This document shows positions 9,000-17,595 of a DNA stretch of 64,000 nucleotides, one piece after another. The notes beneath the pieces were generated by a model that was not told the origin of the DNA, searched no databases, and saw only the letters and a program-made list of their open reading frames with translations. The position numbers and the translations under genes are program-made. This stretch comes from an uncultured archaeon. GTDB taxonomy: Archaea; Aenigmatarchaeota; Aenigmatarchaeia; QMZP01; JAFGSV01. The stretch is from positions 18,195 to 82,194 of the forward strand of contig CAZLFZ010000002.1 in NCBI GenBank assembly GCA_964559215.1, read 5' to 3'. Each line of letters starts with the position of its first letter. Positions within the stretch are counted from its first letter, which is position 1.

Positions 9000-10154
9000 A
9001 TGAGATTGAAAATAAGTAAAAAATCTAGAATTGAGCTTTTCGAAGAACTGAAAAAAAGATTCGGGGTGAATAATCAATTTGAATTATCAAAAGAAATGGA
9101 TGTAAATTTAGGTGCTATTAAAAAGTGGAAAAGTGGTAAGCGGTATATACCTTCACAGATTATTCCAAAAGATTATATAAATAAACTAGAAATTGTCGCT
9201 GCAGAGAATGATAACTGGGGTGCAAGGAAAGGTGGAATAATAACTCAAAATAAATTGAAATCGAAATTCAAAGCATCATACTTGAAAAAAATTAAATCAA
9301 AAGGTGGTAAAAGAACTGGGGAAATGCTACAAAAATGGATAAAAATGCATAAAAAAATCCACTCTCGTTCCATATCAATCGGTAGATATAAAAAGAGTTA
9401 TAAAGAAGTTGTCGAAAGAATGGACGAGAATAAGGATATATTTGAAAATTCTAAGGAAATATTTTTTGATAATAGAGGGATTGTATATAGCAATTTTGAT
9501 AAATATAGAAAAATAATATTACCAAATAAATTGATTCCATTACTAGCCGAAGAAATTGGGATGCATATTGGTGATGGTACACTACCAAATAAAAAATATT
9601 ATTTCTCAATTAGAGGTTCCAAGTATGAAAAGAAGTACTTTTTGAATTTTGTCTTACCACTGTATAAAAGGCTTTTTAACCTCGATTTAAATTTGCTTGA
9701 GCGTGGACCTATATGCGGAATTGAGTTTTGTTCGAAGGCTGTATATTCTTTTAAGAGCAAGGTTTTAGGTTTGCCTATTGGCAAAAAAGCGGAGATTATC
9801 AAAGTACCAGATATGATAAAAAATTGCCAAAGAAGGGATATATTTGAATCACTTCTTCGAGGGATATTTGACACTGATGGTTGTATTTACTTAAATAGAA
9901 ATAAATCATATCCACATTTGCAAATTACTATAAAATCAAACATTCTCTTACAAGAAGTTCAAGAAATAAGCGAAAAACTTGGTTTTTTTCCAGCATTATA
10001 TTCAAAGGGATATTGCCTAAAGTTTAATGGTCCTGTGCAAATAGAGAAATGGTTTAATGAGATAGGTTCAAATAATTTTAAACATTTGAAGAGATTTGAA
10101 GAAATCAGGGATTATTTTGTTGAAATGGGCCTGTGGGGTAGTTGGATAGCCTAG
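9000..10154 (+). CDS. Free-standing double-motif LAGLIDADG homing-endonuclease-like protein with N-terminal HTH-like region
   Basis: LAEEIGMHIGDG and LLRGIFDTDG motifs; visibly AT-rich against its neighbours; stop codon lies inside tRNA-Arg. Confidence 0.85.
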   Translation: MRLKISKKSRIELFEELKKRFGVNNQFELSKEMDVNLGAIKKWKSGKRYIPSQIIPKDYINKLEIVAAENDNWGARKGGIITQNKLKSKFKASYLKKIKSKGGKRTGEMLQKWIKMHKKIHSRSISIGRYKKSYKEVVERMDENKDIFENSKEIFFDNRGIVYSNFDKYRKIILPNKLIPLLAEEIGMHIGDGTLPNKKYYFSIRGSKYEKKYFLNFVLPLYKRLFNLDLNLLERGPICGIEFCSKAVYSFKSKVLGLPIGKKAEIIKVPDMIKNCQRRDIFESLLRGIFDTDGCIYLNRNKSYPHLQITIKSNILLQEVQEISEKLGFFPALYSKGYCLKFNGPVQIEKWFNEIGSNNFKHLKRFEEIRDYFVEMGLWGSWIA

Positions 10155-10199
10155 AACCTTGCGGAGGTTCCGATTCCGGTTCAAATCCGGGCGGGCCCG
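10127..10199 (+). tRNA. tRNA-Arg(GCG), intronless, no encoded CCA
   Basis: GGGCCTG/CGGGCCC acceptor stem, GAACC-TTGCGGA-GGTTC anticodon arm, TTCAAAT T-loop. Confidence 0.95.
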
Positions 10200-10294
10200 T
10201 TAATCAATAATATTAAAAAAGTATTCTGAGCCACGAAACCATTCTTTTATATACTTTATTAACAAATTAAGTAAAATTAGTCTTGAGGCTGAAT

Positions 10295-10459
10295 ATGGCG
10301 TTGAAATGCATTTCCTGCGGGAAGAAGGTGGAAACGGAGAGCTACTGGGTCAGGTTTCCCTGCCCGGCGTGCGGAGAGGAGACCATCATCAGGTGCGAGA
10401 GGTGCAGGAAACTGGTGAACAAATACAAGTGCCCGAAGTGCGGCTTCGAGGGTCCTTGA
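10295..10459 (+). CDS. Zn-ribbon protein, HVO_2753/DUF1610 family (54 aa, not in the ORF track)
   Basis: MALKCISCG...FPCPACGEETIIRCERCRKLVNKYKCPKCGFEGP; conserved position upstream of EF-1beta. Confidence 0.92.
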   Translation: MALKCISCGKKVETESYWVRFPCPACGEETIIRCERCRKLVNKYKCPKCGFEGP

Positions 10460-10470
10460 TTGGTGATTGT

Positions 10471-10722
10471 ATGGGAGATGTGATAATAGTCTATAAAATT
10501 CTGCCCGCCAGCCCTGAGAAATTCGGGCACGTGAAGGCCGGGCTGGAGAATCTCAACCCGAAAAGGCTCGAGGAAGAGCCGATAGGCTTCGGGCTCAGCG
10601 CCTTGAAATTCACAACGATTATCCCGGATGCGGGAGGCAAGCAGGACGAGCTTGAGGAGAAGATCAGGTCCATAGACGGTGTCGGTGAGATAGAAGTCCT
10701 GCGCGCCTCGAGGAGCATGTAA
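10471..10722 (+). CDS. ef1b: Translation elongation factor EF-1beta
   Basis: MGDVIIVYKILP, EEPIGFGL; GGTGA RBS. Confidence 0.93.
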   Translation: MGDVIIVYKILPASPEKFGHVKAGLENLNPKRLEEEPIGFGLSALKFTTIIPDAGGKQDELEEKIRSIDGVGEIEVLRASRSM

Positions 10723-10742
10723 AATAGTCATAACATTATAAA

Positions 10743-11351
10743 CTAAAGAAATTCTGCTATTTTTGGGAGATCGCCACCCTCAATTCGGTGGGTAGCAACT
10801 TCCATGAGTTCCTCGCTTTTTGAATCGTATGCAAAGGATAAATCAGATATCCGGAAAAGTTCATAGCATGGCATGTCATCTCCTATTGATATCAACCGCG
10901 CAAAACCTCCCCTTTCTTTAAACTGTTTTGCATGCTCTGCCTTCTCTTTTCCGTCAATGATCGGGACCTGGATTTCCCCTGTGTGCGTCCCATCGTCATA
11001 AATCGCTTTGTTGCCGAAGTAGTTCTGGATGCCCAATTCTCCTGCTATTTTCCTTGCGAGATTTTCGTAATCGATTGTCGCTATCAATATCCCGAAGTCG
11101 TTTCTCACATTTTCCACGAGTTCTTTTCCGCCATCGGTGCAGGCTATAGATTTGGCTTCTTCCTCCATCAGCTCGAAAGGAAGCCCCTTGTGTGTGGCTC
11201 CCACTTTGACAACGGTGTCTGCAGCTGAAAGGCTGCCCCCCCTGAATTTCTCCCAATATGACATTCCTTCCGGCCTGTATTTTCTGCTAAGCGTGTAAGC
11301 CAGATTCTTCTCCGTTAGCGGGCCGTTCATGTCGAAAACTATGAGATCCAT
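10743..11351 (-). CDS. HAD-superfamily hydrolase (SerB-like)
   Basis: VFDMNGPL motif I variant, K motif III, IGDD motif IV. Confidence 0.75.
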   Translation of the reverse strand: MDLIVFDMNGPLTEKNLAYTLSRKYRPEGMSYWEKFRGGSLSAADTVVKVGATHKGLPFELMEEEAKSIACTDGGKELVENVRNDFGILIATIDYENLARKIAGELGIQNYFGNKAIYDDGTHTGEIQVPIIDGKEKAEHAKQFKERGGFARLISIGDDMPCYELFRISDLSFAYDSKSEELMEVATHRIEGGDLPKIAEFL

Positions 11352-11497
11352 AATTATCAAATCTTAGTTACTGAAAAGAAATAAAAAGCTTTACAAAAAA
11401 AACGGATAAAATTGGCATCCTTTTTATGCGCCTTTGCCGGCTTATTTTGCCCATCTTCATGTTTTGCAGGCTTTGCAGGCTTCGAGCAACACGTAAC

Positions 11498-12076
11498 TTA
11501 TTTCTTCTTTCCCTTTGCTTTCTTTGCCTTGGCAGGCTTCTCCGGCTTTTTCTTGGATTTCTTTCCCGGTTTCTTTTCCTTGTGTTCTTTCTTTTTGGGC
11601 TTCTCTTTCTTCTTCTTTTTGTCGGCCGGTTTTTTCTCTGCGGGCTTAGCGGGCTTGGGCTCTTCTTTCTTCTCTTCCTTTTTCGGTTCGGGTTTGGCCT
11701 TCTCCGCCTTTTCTTTTTCATGCGGCTTGGCTTCTGGCTCCTTTGGCTTCCCTTTCTTTGCCACCGCCCTCTTCCTTTCCTTTTCCTTCGCCAACTCCAT
11801 GTCCTTGTCGCTTGGCGGCTTTGTGCCCAGTTTCTCGAAAATCCCCTGTTTCTTGTACACGTTTATTATCTCGCCATCGCTGGCGTTCTTTGCGATTTTG
11901 ATGACCTCGGGCGTCGGCTCCAGGTGCTCGATGTTGCATCTCCTTCTTTTGACGTGCGTCACGGCCAGCGGGCCGGTGACGAGAACGAACCCGTCCTCGA
12001 GAACATCCACAACAACGCAAAATTTGCCGGCCTCCCTGCCTGCAGTTTTCACGCATATCCTACCTATACTAAGCAT
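11498..12076 (-). CDS. rpl14e: 50S ribosomal protein eL14 with long Lys-rich C-terminal tail
   Basis: IGRICVKTAGREAGK, VKRRRCNIEHLEPT. Confidence 0.95.
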   Translation of the reverse strand: MLSIGRICVKTAGREAGKFCVVVDVLEDGFVLVTGPLAVTHVKRRRCNIEHLEPTPEVIKIAKNASDGEIINVYKKQGIFEKLGTKPPSDKDMELAKEKERKRAVAKKGKPKEPEAKPHEKEKAEKAKPEPKKEEKKEEPKPAKPAEKKPADKKKKKEKPKKKEHKEKKPGKKSKKKPEKPAKAKKAKGKKK

Positions 12077-12353
12077 TCTTCTCCCACCTCGCCAAGTTTT
12101 TGGACTTTATAGCCTCTCTGGTGCATGCAGGGCACAGATTCCCTCCGTAAGGCCTGCTAGGTCTCTTTTTCGTTTTAGTCAATTTCCTGATTCTGGCCGG
12201 CAGATTGCTGGGCACCCCATGCAATGGTTTCTTGCACACCGCGCACCTGGCCGGGCCAGGCCTCTTTTTCAGGTAATGGATCCTAGCCTTGCCGCTGGGC
12301 GTGTTGATCTTCTTCTTCCTGAAGGATCTCGACCTTTGCGCTGGCTTTGGCAT
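12069..12353 (-). CDS. rpl34e: 50S ribosomal protein eL34
   Basis: RSRS, TPSG, CAVC, RPYGGNLCPAC. Confidence 0.95.
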   Translation of the reverse strand: MPKPAQRSRSFRKKKINTPSGKARIHYLKKRPGPARCAVCKKPLHGVPSNLPARIRKLTKTKKRPSRPYGGNLCPACTREAIKSKNLARWEKNA

Positions 12354-12428
12354 TTGAATCACCAAGGGGTTATTTATTGTTCTGGAAACTTTTTATTAAT
12401 TTACTATGTTCTGCATTTAAAAGTCTGC

Positions 12429-13127
12429 CTATTCCACACCCAGTATTTTCCTGAACACGATGGTTGCCGGTATGCTGATGAAGATGTACCACCAGAACCA
12501 TGTCAGGTAGTTCCCTATGAAAGGCAGCATGAAAGGCAACCGGGCGACCAACATCTCGAAATGGACCGCGTTCTCGCGCTCGCTCGCGAAGAACATCATT
12601 CCCTCCATCGCAGGCTTGGCCCGCCAGTAAGCGCCCTTATAGGAGAATACCTCGTCCTGGGAGAATACCTCGTCCTGGGAGAATTCCCCGTCGTCGTTGA
12701 AATCGACCCCTGCCTTGAAGCTGGACTGGCCGTTCTCTTCTGCCTTTTCATAATAGATCTTGTACTCGGCACCGCCGTAATTGAACGTTGCATCCGGGTT
12801 ATCTCCCAGATCAGCGCTCACGCCCCCGTAGTTGCTGTTCAGCCAGCCCAGCAAAAGTATGAAAACCAGCATGGTGGCCATCATGGGCTTCATGCTGTGC
12901 CTCATCTGCGCCTGGCTCGCACGCATCATTTCGCTTGCATACTGGCTGGCCTGCTCCTTGTTACCTTCTTTCTGGGCCTTGCTCATCTTTTCCTTGTAGA
13001 ATCGCATGTCGTCCTTGATCTTGCGCACCTCGTCCGGCTTGGTCAGCACCCTGTAGATTATGGATATAAGAAGGGAAAGGCCAATCGAAATCAGGGTTAT
13101 GCCCAGGAAAGGCGTCATTTCCATCAT
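12429..13127 (-). CDS. DUF106 / EMC3-TMCO1 (Oxa1 superfamily) membrane protein
   Basis: TM-coiled coil-MKPM...WFWWYIFIS...RKILG; conserved position between adk and rpl34e. Confidence 0.9.
   Translation of the reverse strand: MMEMTPFLGITLISIGLSLLISIIYRVLTKPDEVRKIKDDMRFYKEKMSKAQKEGNKEQASQYASEMMRASQAQMRHSMKPMMATMLVFILLLGWLNSNYGGVSADLGDNPDATFNYGGAEYKIYYEKAEENGQSSFKAGVDFNDDGEFSQDEVFSQDEVFSYKGAYWRAKPAMEGMMFFASERENAVHFEMLVARLPFMLPFIGNYLTWFWWYIFISIPATIVFRKILGVE
12642..12684. repeat. In-frame 18-bp tandem repeat (2.4 copies)
   Basis: ggagaatacctcgtcctg x2 + ggagaat; encodes FSQDEV FSQDEV FS. Confidence 0.9.
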
Positions 13128-13657
13128 TTCACCACCAAAACGTCCCTGAGCAGCTCGTACAACTCATCGGCCCCTTGTCTGGGACCCTCTATCCCCGTCT
13201 GTATGATTTTGATCACTGAGCCGGCCCATGCCCCGAAGAAGAGCGCGCATGATTTTTCGAGTGACTGGTGCTGCACGAAATCGTCCCGATCTTTTAGCTT
13301 CCCGCCGAGAGCCGCTGGATCGACTTCCACGTGGACTATTATGTCGGGCTTGAAGATGTCTATGCTGGCTTTCGTGATTATCGGCATGTATCCAAGCTTG
13401 GTCCGGGCAGTGCAGTATCCGTTGATTATAACATGTTCGCGTGCCCCTGTCTCGAGCATCTTGAGCTGTATGTTCCTCATGAGTTTTTGCTGGGTGTTCT
13501 TCAGCAAATGCAGCTCATTGATGGAATCCTCAGATCCCAGCACGAAATCGCTGAAGCTCAGCACTTTGAATTTCACGTGCCCCCCCAGTCGCTCCAGCGC
13601 CAGCTTCACAACGGAATCCTTGACCACGTTTTGCCCCCCCGTTACGAGTATGTTCAT
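13124..13657 (-). CDS. Archaeal adenylate-kinase-like protein with degenerate P-loop
   Basis: Position after secY; TKLGYMP and KPDIIVHVEVDP resemble AdkA; P-loop reads TGGQNVVKDS. Confidence 0.75.
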   Translation of the reverse strand: MNILVTGGQNVVKDSVVKLALERLGGHVKFKVLSFSDFVLGSEDSINELHLLKNTQQKLMRNIQLKMLETGAREHVIINGYCTARTKLGYMPIITKASIDIFKPDIIVHVEVDPAALGGKLKDRDDFVQHQSLEKSCALFFGAWAGSVIKIIQTGIEGPRQGADELYELLRDVLVVK

Positions 13658-13664
13658 ATTCCTT

Positions 13665-15269
13665 TCACTTCCCAATTAACCTTCTCACCGCCGGGTGCAG
13701 CTCCTCAAGGTGCTGCGTCGTTATCTCCTGGTACAACTGGTACGATATCATGGTGGCCAGCAATATCCCGGTCCCGCTCCCGATGGCGTTCGTGAGATCG
13801 GCAAAGGACGCGAGAATCCCTATGGCGGCCCCGCCCAGAACGGCCAGACCCGGTATGTACCGTGCAAGCACCCTCTCTATGATTCTGATGTCCCTTCTGT
13901 AGCCAGGGATCTGCAGGCCTACGGAATGTATCTGGTCTGCCACGGACCCTGCGTCCATGCCCGATGTGCTCACCCAGAAGATGCTGAATAGCGTGGCGCC
14001 TCCTATCATGAAGCCCATGTACGCCACTATTCTGGCTATGTCCATCATGGTTATCACCATCCCTGTCAACCCGATTGCCTGCACCAAGCCGAACCACGCC
14101 AGCCCGCCAACCGGTATCATCGCTAGCGATATCTGCCAGCCCGGCCTACGTATGTATGGCGCTAAGAGTGCGCCAAGCAGTGCGAAAATGCCCATGAATA
14201 CAGAAACCCCCGCCACCGCCTGGGACGTGGGCGGCCGCAAATAGAAAACTGGGCCGGAAACAGGGTTGTTGTTTTCGAAGCAGCCCAGCAAGCCGCAAAC
14301 CATGGCGGATTCCGGCTCGACGGGCGTTGCTGTAAGCCGGCCCATCAGCTGCACGTTGGCCAGCAATGCGGCTATGAGTATGACCGGGATGACGCTGGTG
14401 TACAGGAACTGCAATGGCCAGCGTCGGCCGAATCCCCTGATAGAGCCAAAGGCGAGGGGTATCTCCACCTTCACCGACTGCATGAATATGACCATCAGGA
14501 AAACCAGGGCCGTTGCCATGAACGGCATCATCCCGAGCAGGAAAGCGTTCAAGGGGTCCGCTGTAGCCAGGTAATAGAACACCTGGGGTATTGCGCCCAG
14601 AGGGGGGTTCTGGATCTCTATCGAGGGCAGCGCCAGCCCTGTGCCGCCCTGCAGGTTGAAAATGGAGATGCAGCTCACCCCGGTACACAACGCGAAGGGG
14701 TTGAACATCCTTGTTATTATGCCGCTGCTTACCCCGGCCAGGATGAACAGGCTAACCCCTGAGCCGAAGCCCCACTTCGTTATTATCTCGTCCATGAACA
14801 ATATCAGGATGCCTCCTGCCGCTATCTGCAAAATCACTATGGCGACCATACCCTCGGCAGCCGGGATCGCCCCGAACGTGACGTATATCACGCCCTCGAT
14901 GAAACACAGGGCTATGGTCATTATCTTTTGCGTTCCCTGGAAAAGCATCTTGCCTTCCTCTGTATTCAGGTCCCAGGACAGTATCTGGGAGCCTACCAGC
15001 AGCTGCAGGATGATGGCTGCTACGACGATGGGTCCTATGCCCAGGGTTGTCAGGGAACCGAACTTGGACGCCAGCAGCAACTCGAAGACCTTCAGCTGTT
15101 GCAGCCCTTCAACCCTGATGCCGAACACCATTATCTGGGACATCAGGAAGAATATCAGCAGCACCATGCCTGTGTATTTGAGCTTTTCCCTGAAGCTCAG
15201 CTTCTTTATTGGTTCCCTGATGCCAGGCAAGCGCTGCAAAACCTTCATGTAAGAATCTTGGAATGCCAT
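13665..15269 (-). CDS. secY: Preprotein translocase SecY
   Basis: LGIGPIV, ILQLLVG, GFGSGVSLFI, YTSVIPVIL, IPGYRRD, GSGTGILL. Confidence 0.97.
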   Translation of the reverse strand: MAFQDSYMKVLQRLPGIREPIKKLSFREKLKYTGMVLLIFFLMSQIMVFGIRVEGLQQLKVFELLLASKFGSLTTLGIGPIVVAAIILQLLVGSQILSWDLNTEEGKMLFQGTQKIMTIALCFIEGVIYVTFGAIPAAEGMVAIVILQIAAGGILILFMDEIITKWGFGSGVSLFILAGVSSGIITRMFNPFALCTGVSCISIFNLQGGTGLALPSIEIQNPPLGAIPQVFYYLATADPLNAFLLGMMPFMATALVFLMVIFMQSVKVEIPLAFGSIRGFGRRWPLQFLYTSVIPVILIAALLANVQLMGRLTATPVEPESAMVCGLLGCFENNNPVSGPVFYLRPPTSQAVAGVSVFMGIFALLGALLAPYIRRPGWQISLAMIPVGGLAWFGLVQAIGLTGMVITMMDIARIVAYMGFMIGGATLFSIFWVSTSGMDAGSVADQIHSVGLQIPGYRRDIRIIERVLARYIPGLAVLGGAAIGILASFADLTNAIGSGTGILLATMISYQLYQEITTQHLEELHPAVRRLIGK

Positions 15270-15438
15270 GCTAATCCCTTGAACCCGTTACAACTTCTTT
15301 TTACTTCCCTTTTCTTTTTTCGGATTTGCATTTAATTTGTATTTTTTCTATTTATATAAAATCGGGTTTTAAGTCCTTTTCTGGCTTTTCCCCAAAGCCT
15401 GGCTTTTCTAGGAAACAGTTGACATCTCTAGGATTCTT

Positions 15439-15478
15439 GCTGCTGACTTGCCTTTATAGCTGCTGACTTGCCTTTATA
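15439..15478. repeat. Perfect 20-bp tandem duplication
   Basis: gctgctgacttgcctttata at 15439-15458 and 15459-15478. Confidence 0.92.
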
Positions 15479-15738
15479 TAATCAATGAAAGCTCCGACGC
15501 TTGTTAATGTTTCAGCTTCGTCATCCGGGATAGGAATGCTGAACTCCTCTTCAAACTGCATTACCATCTGAGCTTTCAGCCCGTCGGGTTCGTCATAATC
15601 ATCAAAAGTCGTGTTTCTTGTGACCTTATCTTTCACGATGTCATAAATGCCGGAAACTATATCTGCAGCCACCTCTGCCGTTTCATCGCCTTGTATATCA
15701 ACAGCGTAGAAGTATGTTTGTCTACGAAAATCTTTCAT
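15454..15738 (-). CDS. Acyl-carrier-protein-like small protein lacking the conserved Ser
   Basis: MVMQFEEEFSIPIPDDEAETLTSVGAFIDYI matches the ACP C-terminal half; the DSL motif reads DGL. Confidence 0.65.
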   Translation of the reverse strand: MKDFRRQTYFYAVDIQGDETAEVAADIVSGIYDIVKDKVTRNTTFDDYDEPDGLKAQMVMQFEEEFSIPIPDDEAETLTSVGAFIDYIKASQQL

Positions 15739-15800
15739 ATATTGACTTGTAAGGAGAAATTTAAAAATCCCTGTCAAAGGAACAGAGTGGGGTGGTGTGT

Positions 15801-16286
15801 TTATCCGCCCTCTTTGACTTTTTCTTCGGCAACCTCTTCTTTGACCCCTTCCCGGGGGGCTTCTGTAACCTCTTCTTCCGTGCCCCCGCCTGAGACAGAA
15901 CCGATCGCCTTCCCGCCCGCCTTTTCTATCTTTTCCTTTGCGTTCGCTGAGAAAAAGTCCGCCTTGACCTCGAGTTTGGTCTTGATTTCCCCTGTTCCCA
16001 GCACCTTGTCATAGCCCATTGCCTTCAAGTCTATTTTTTTTCCGGAACCTGCCATCTTTTCCAGGTTCCTCAGGTTTATCGACTTCAGCTTCTTTCCTGT
16101 CTTGGACTTGAAGCCGTGCTTGCCGCCATACCCGGGTCTGTACTTCAGCAGGAAGGTCTTCCTGTGCCCTTCGCTGCCTGCCATTCCAGTGCCGCCCCTG
16201 CTACCCTTGCCCCTGTGCTTCTTGGGACTGCCGTAACCATGCGTCCGGTGGCCCCTCTGCCTGGATACCTTCTTGCTTGCCATCAT
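15801..16286 (-). CDS. rpl15: 50S ribosomal protein uL15
   Basis: RGHRTHGYG, GSRGGTGMAG, KVLGTG, AKEKIEKAGG. Confidence 0.95.
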   Translation of the reverse strand: MMASKKVSRQRGHRTHGYGSPKKHRGKGSRGGTGMAGSEGHRKTFLLKYRPGYGGKHGFKSKTGKKLKSINLRNLEKMAGSGKKIDLKAMGYDKVLGTGEIKTKLEVKADFFSANAKEKIEKAGGKAIGSVSGGGTEEEVTEAPREGVKEEVAEEKVKEGG

Positions 16287-16765
16287 ATCATCCTTAGCAG
16301 CAGATCGTTTATCTTTTCGCCCCTGGCTCCCATGTCCCCTTGGGGATATCGCAGCTTGACCGACCTTAGCCCGTGCGTCGGCGGTGACAGCCTGTATACG
16401 GGCATGATGTCAGCGGACTCCGGGTTTTTGTCCTTGAATATCTTTTTGGCAACAGCCTTTGCCAGTTTTGCGTCGAGCTTGGCGCCAGCCTTGCTTCGCC
16501 CTCTTTTGGCGAGCATTTTTGCAAGGGTTTCTTCCTTTATCTCCCCCCATGTCACGTAGTTGACCGCATAACGGAGCATTCCCTTGTAAGTCTCGTTCGC
16601 CTGGACCAGGGTGCAATTGTTAACTTTTTTCAGATGCAGCTTTTCCAGGGTGTCTCTCACCTTTTCGTTTACCCTCACCGACCCTTTTAATCTTATAACG
16701 GCATACAACTCCAACCCCGTTCCGTTCTTATTATCATGCCCCTTGTCATGCCCGTTCCCCATCAT
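16283..16765 (-). CDS. rpl30: 50S ribosomal protein uL30
   Basis: AVIRLKG, VTWGEI, RLSPP, INDLLLRMI. Confidence 0.95.
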   Translation of the reverse strand: MMGNGHDKGHDNKNGTGLELYAVIRLKGSVRVNEKVRDTLEKLHLKKVNNCTLVQANETYKGMLRYAVNYVTWGEIKEETLAKMLAKRGRSKAGAKLDAKLAKAVAKKIFKDKNPESADIMPVYRLSPPTHGLRSVKLRYPQGDMGARGEKINDLLLRMI

Positions 16766-17595
16766 AAATCACCCTTTCCCTTGTTGAGGTTTCGCAGGGC
16801 GTTGAAAACTGCCAGGACGAGGTTGTTCCTGGTGGACGTCTTGCCTGCGGTTTTTACCCAAACGTCATGGATCCCGGCAAGGCGCAGGATCTTTTTCATT
16901 TCCTCGCTCGCCACCATGCCAACTCCCTTCGGGGCAGGCAGCAACGTGACATGGACAGACCCCGACTTGCCGCTGGCCTTGAAGGGTATGCTGTGCTCTC
17001 CGCCGCATCCGCATTCCCAGCTCCCGCATCCCCGGCGAACCCTGATAACGTTCAGCCTTGCGTTTTTCCCGGCCTTCTCCAGGGCTGTCCTGTGCTCCTT
17101 TGATATCGCTGTCCCGACACCGACTATTCCGTTCCCGTTCCCGACCACGGCCATAGCCGCGAGCTTGAACCTTCTCCCGGACTTGTGCATCCTTGCCGTC
17201 ATCTTGGTGGCGGTCCTTCTTATGCCGCCACCCTTGCCAGGTGAGCCGCCTATGTAAATTATTTCCTGCATGAGATCAGGGACCAAGGCGTCAACGATCT
17301 CAGGTTCCAGGATCAGCTCTCCGTGCTCCAGGATCTCTTCCAGGTTTTTGTACTTGCCCGCCAGGACGTCATTCCCGAGCTTGGTCTTTGGTATCCATTC
17401 CGTTTCATGTCCGGCGGCCGACGGCTTCCTCATCCCAGCTCCTGGCTTGGGTGCTTCTTCCGTCCCGGTTTCTTCCTCCCCGGCAGCTACTTCAGTTGCT
17501 GGTGATTCCGGCGGCTGCCCGTGTTCACTTTTCTTCCCCGGCTTTTCCGCCACCTTTCCACCTTTCTCTTCTTTCGTTTCCGGCTTCTTTGTCAT
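16762..17595 (-). CDS. rps5: 30S ribosomal protein uS5 with charged N-terminal extension
   Basis: WIPKTKLG, RMHKSGRR, VRRGCGSWEC, PAPKGVG; ATG at 17595 overlaps the bud32 stop. Confidence 0.95.
   Translation of the reverse strand: MTKKPETKEEKGGKVAEKPGKKSEHGQPPESPATEVAAGEEETGTEEAPKPGAGMRKPSAAGHETEWIPKTKLGNDVLAGKYKNLEEILEHGELILEPEIVDALVPDLMQEIIYIGGSPGKGGGIRRTATKMTARMHKSGRRFKLAAMAVVGNGNGIVGVGTAISKEHRTALEKAGKNARLNVIRVRRGCGSWECGCGGEHSIPFKASGKSGSVHVTLLPAPKGVGMVASEEMKKILRLAGIHDVWVKTAGKTSTRNNLVLAVFNALRNLNKGKGDL

Noticed and set aside
9000..10154. Intein or tRNA-intron-encoded endonuclease
   Set aside because: No Hint motifs or host exteins; the adjacent tRNA is complete and no upstream exon was found
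11412..13679. 755-aa plus-strand ORF
   Set aside because: Antisense shadow of rpl14e, rpl34e, DUF106 and adk; no recognisable motifs
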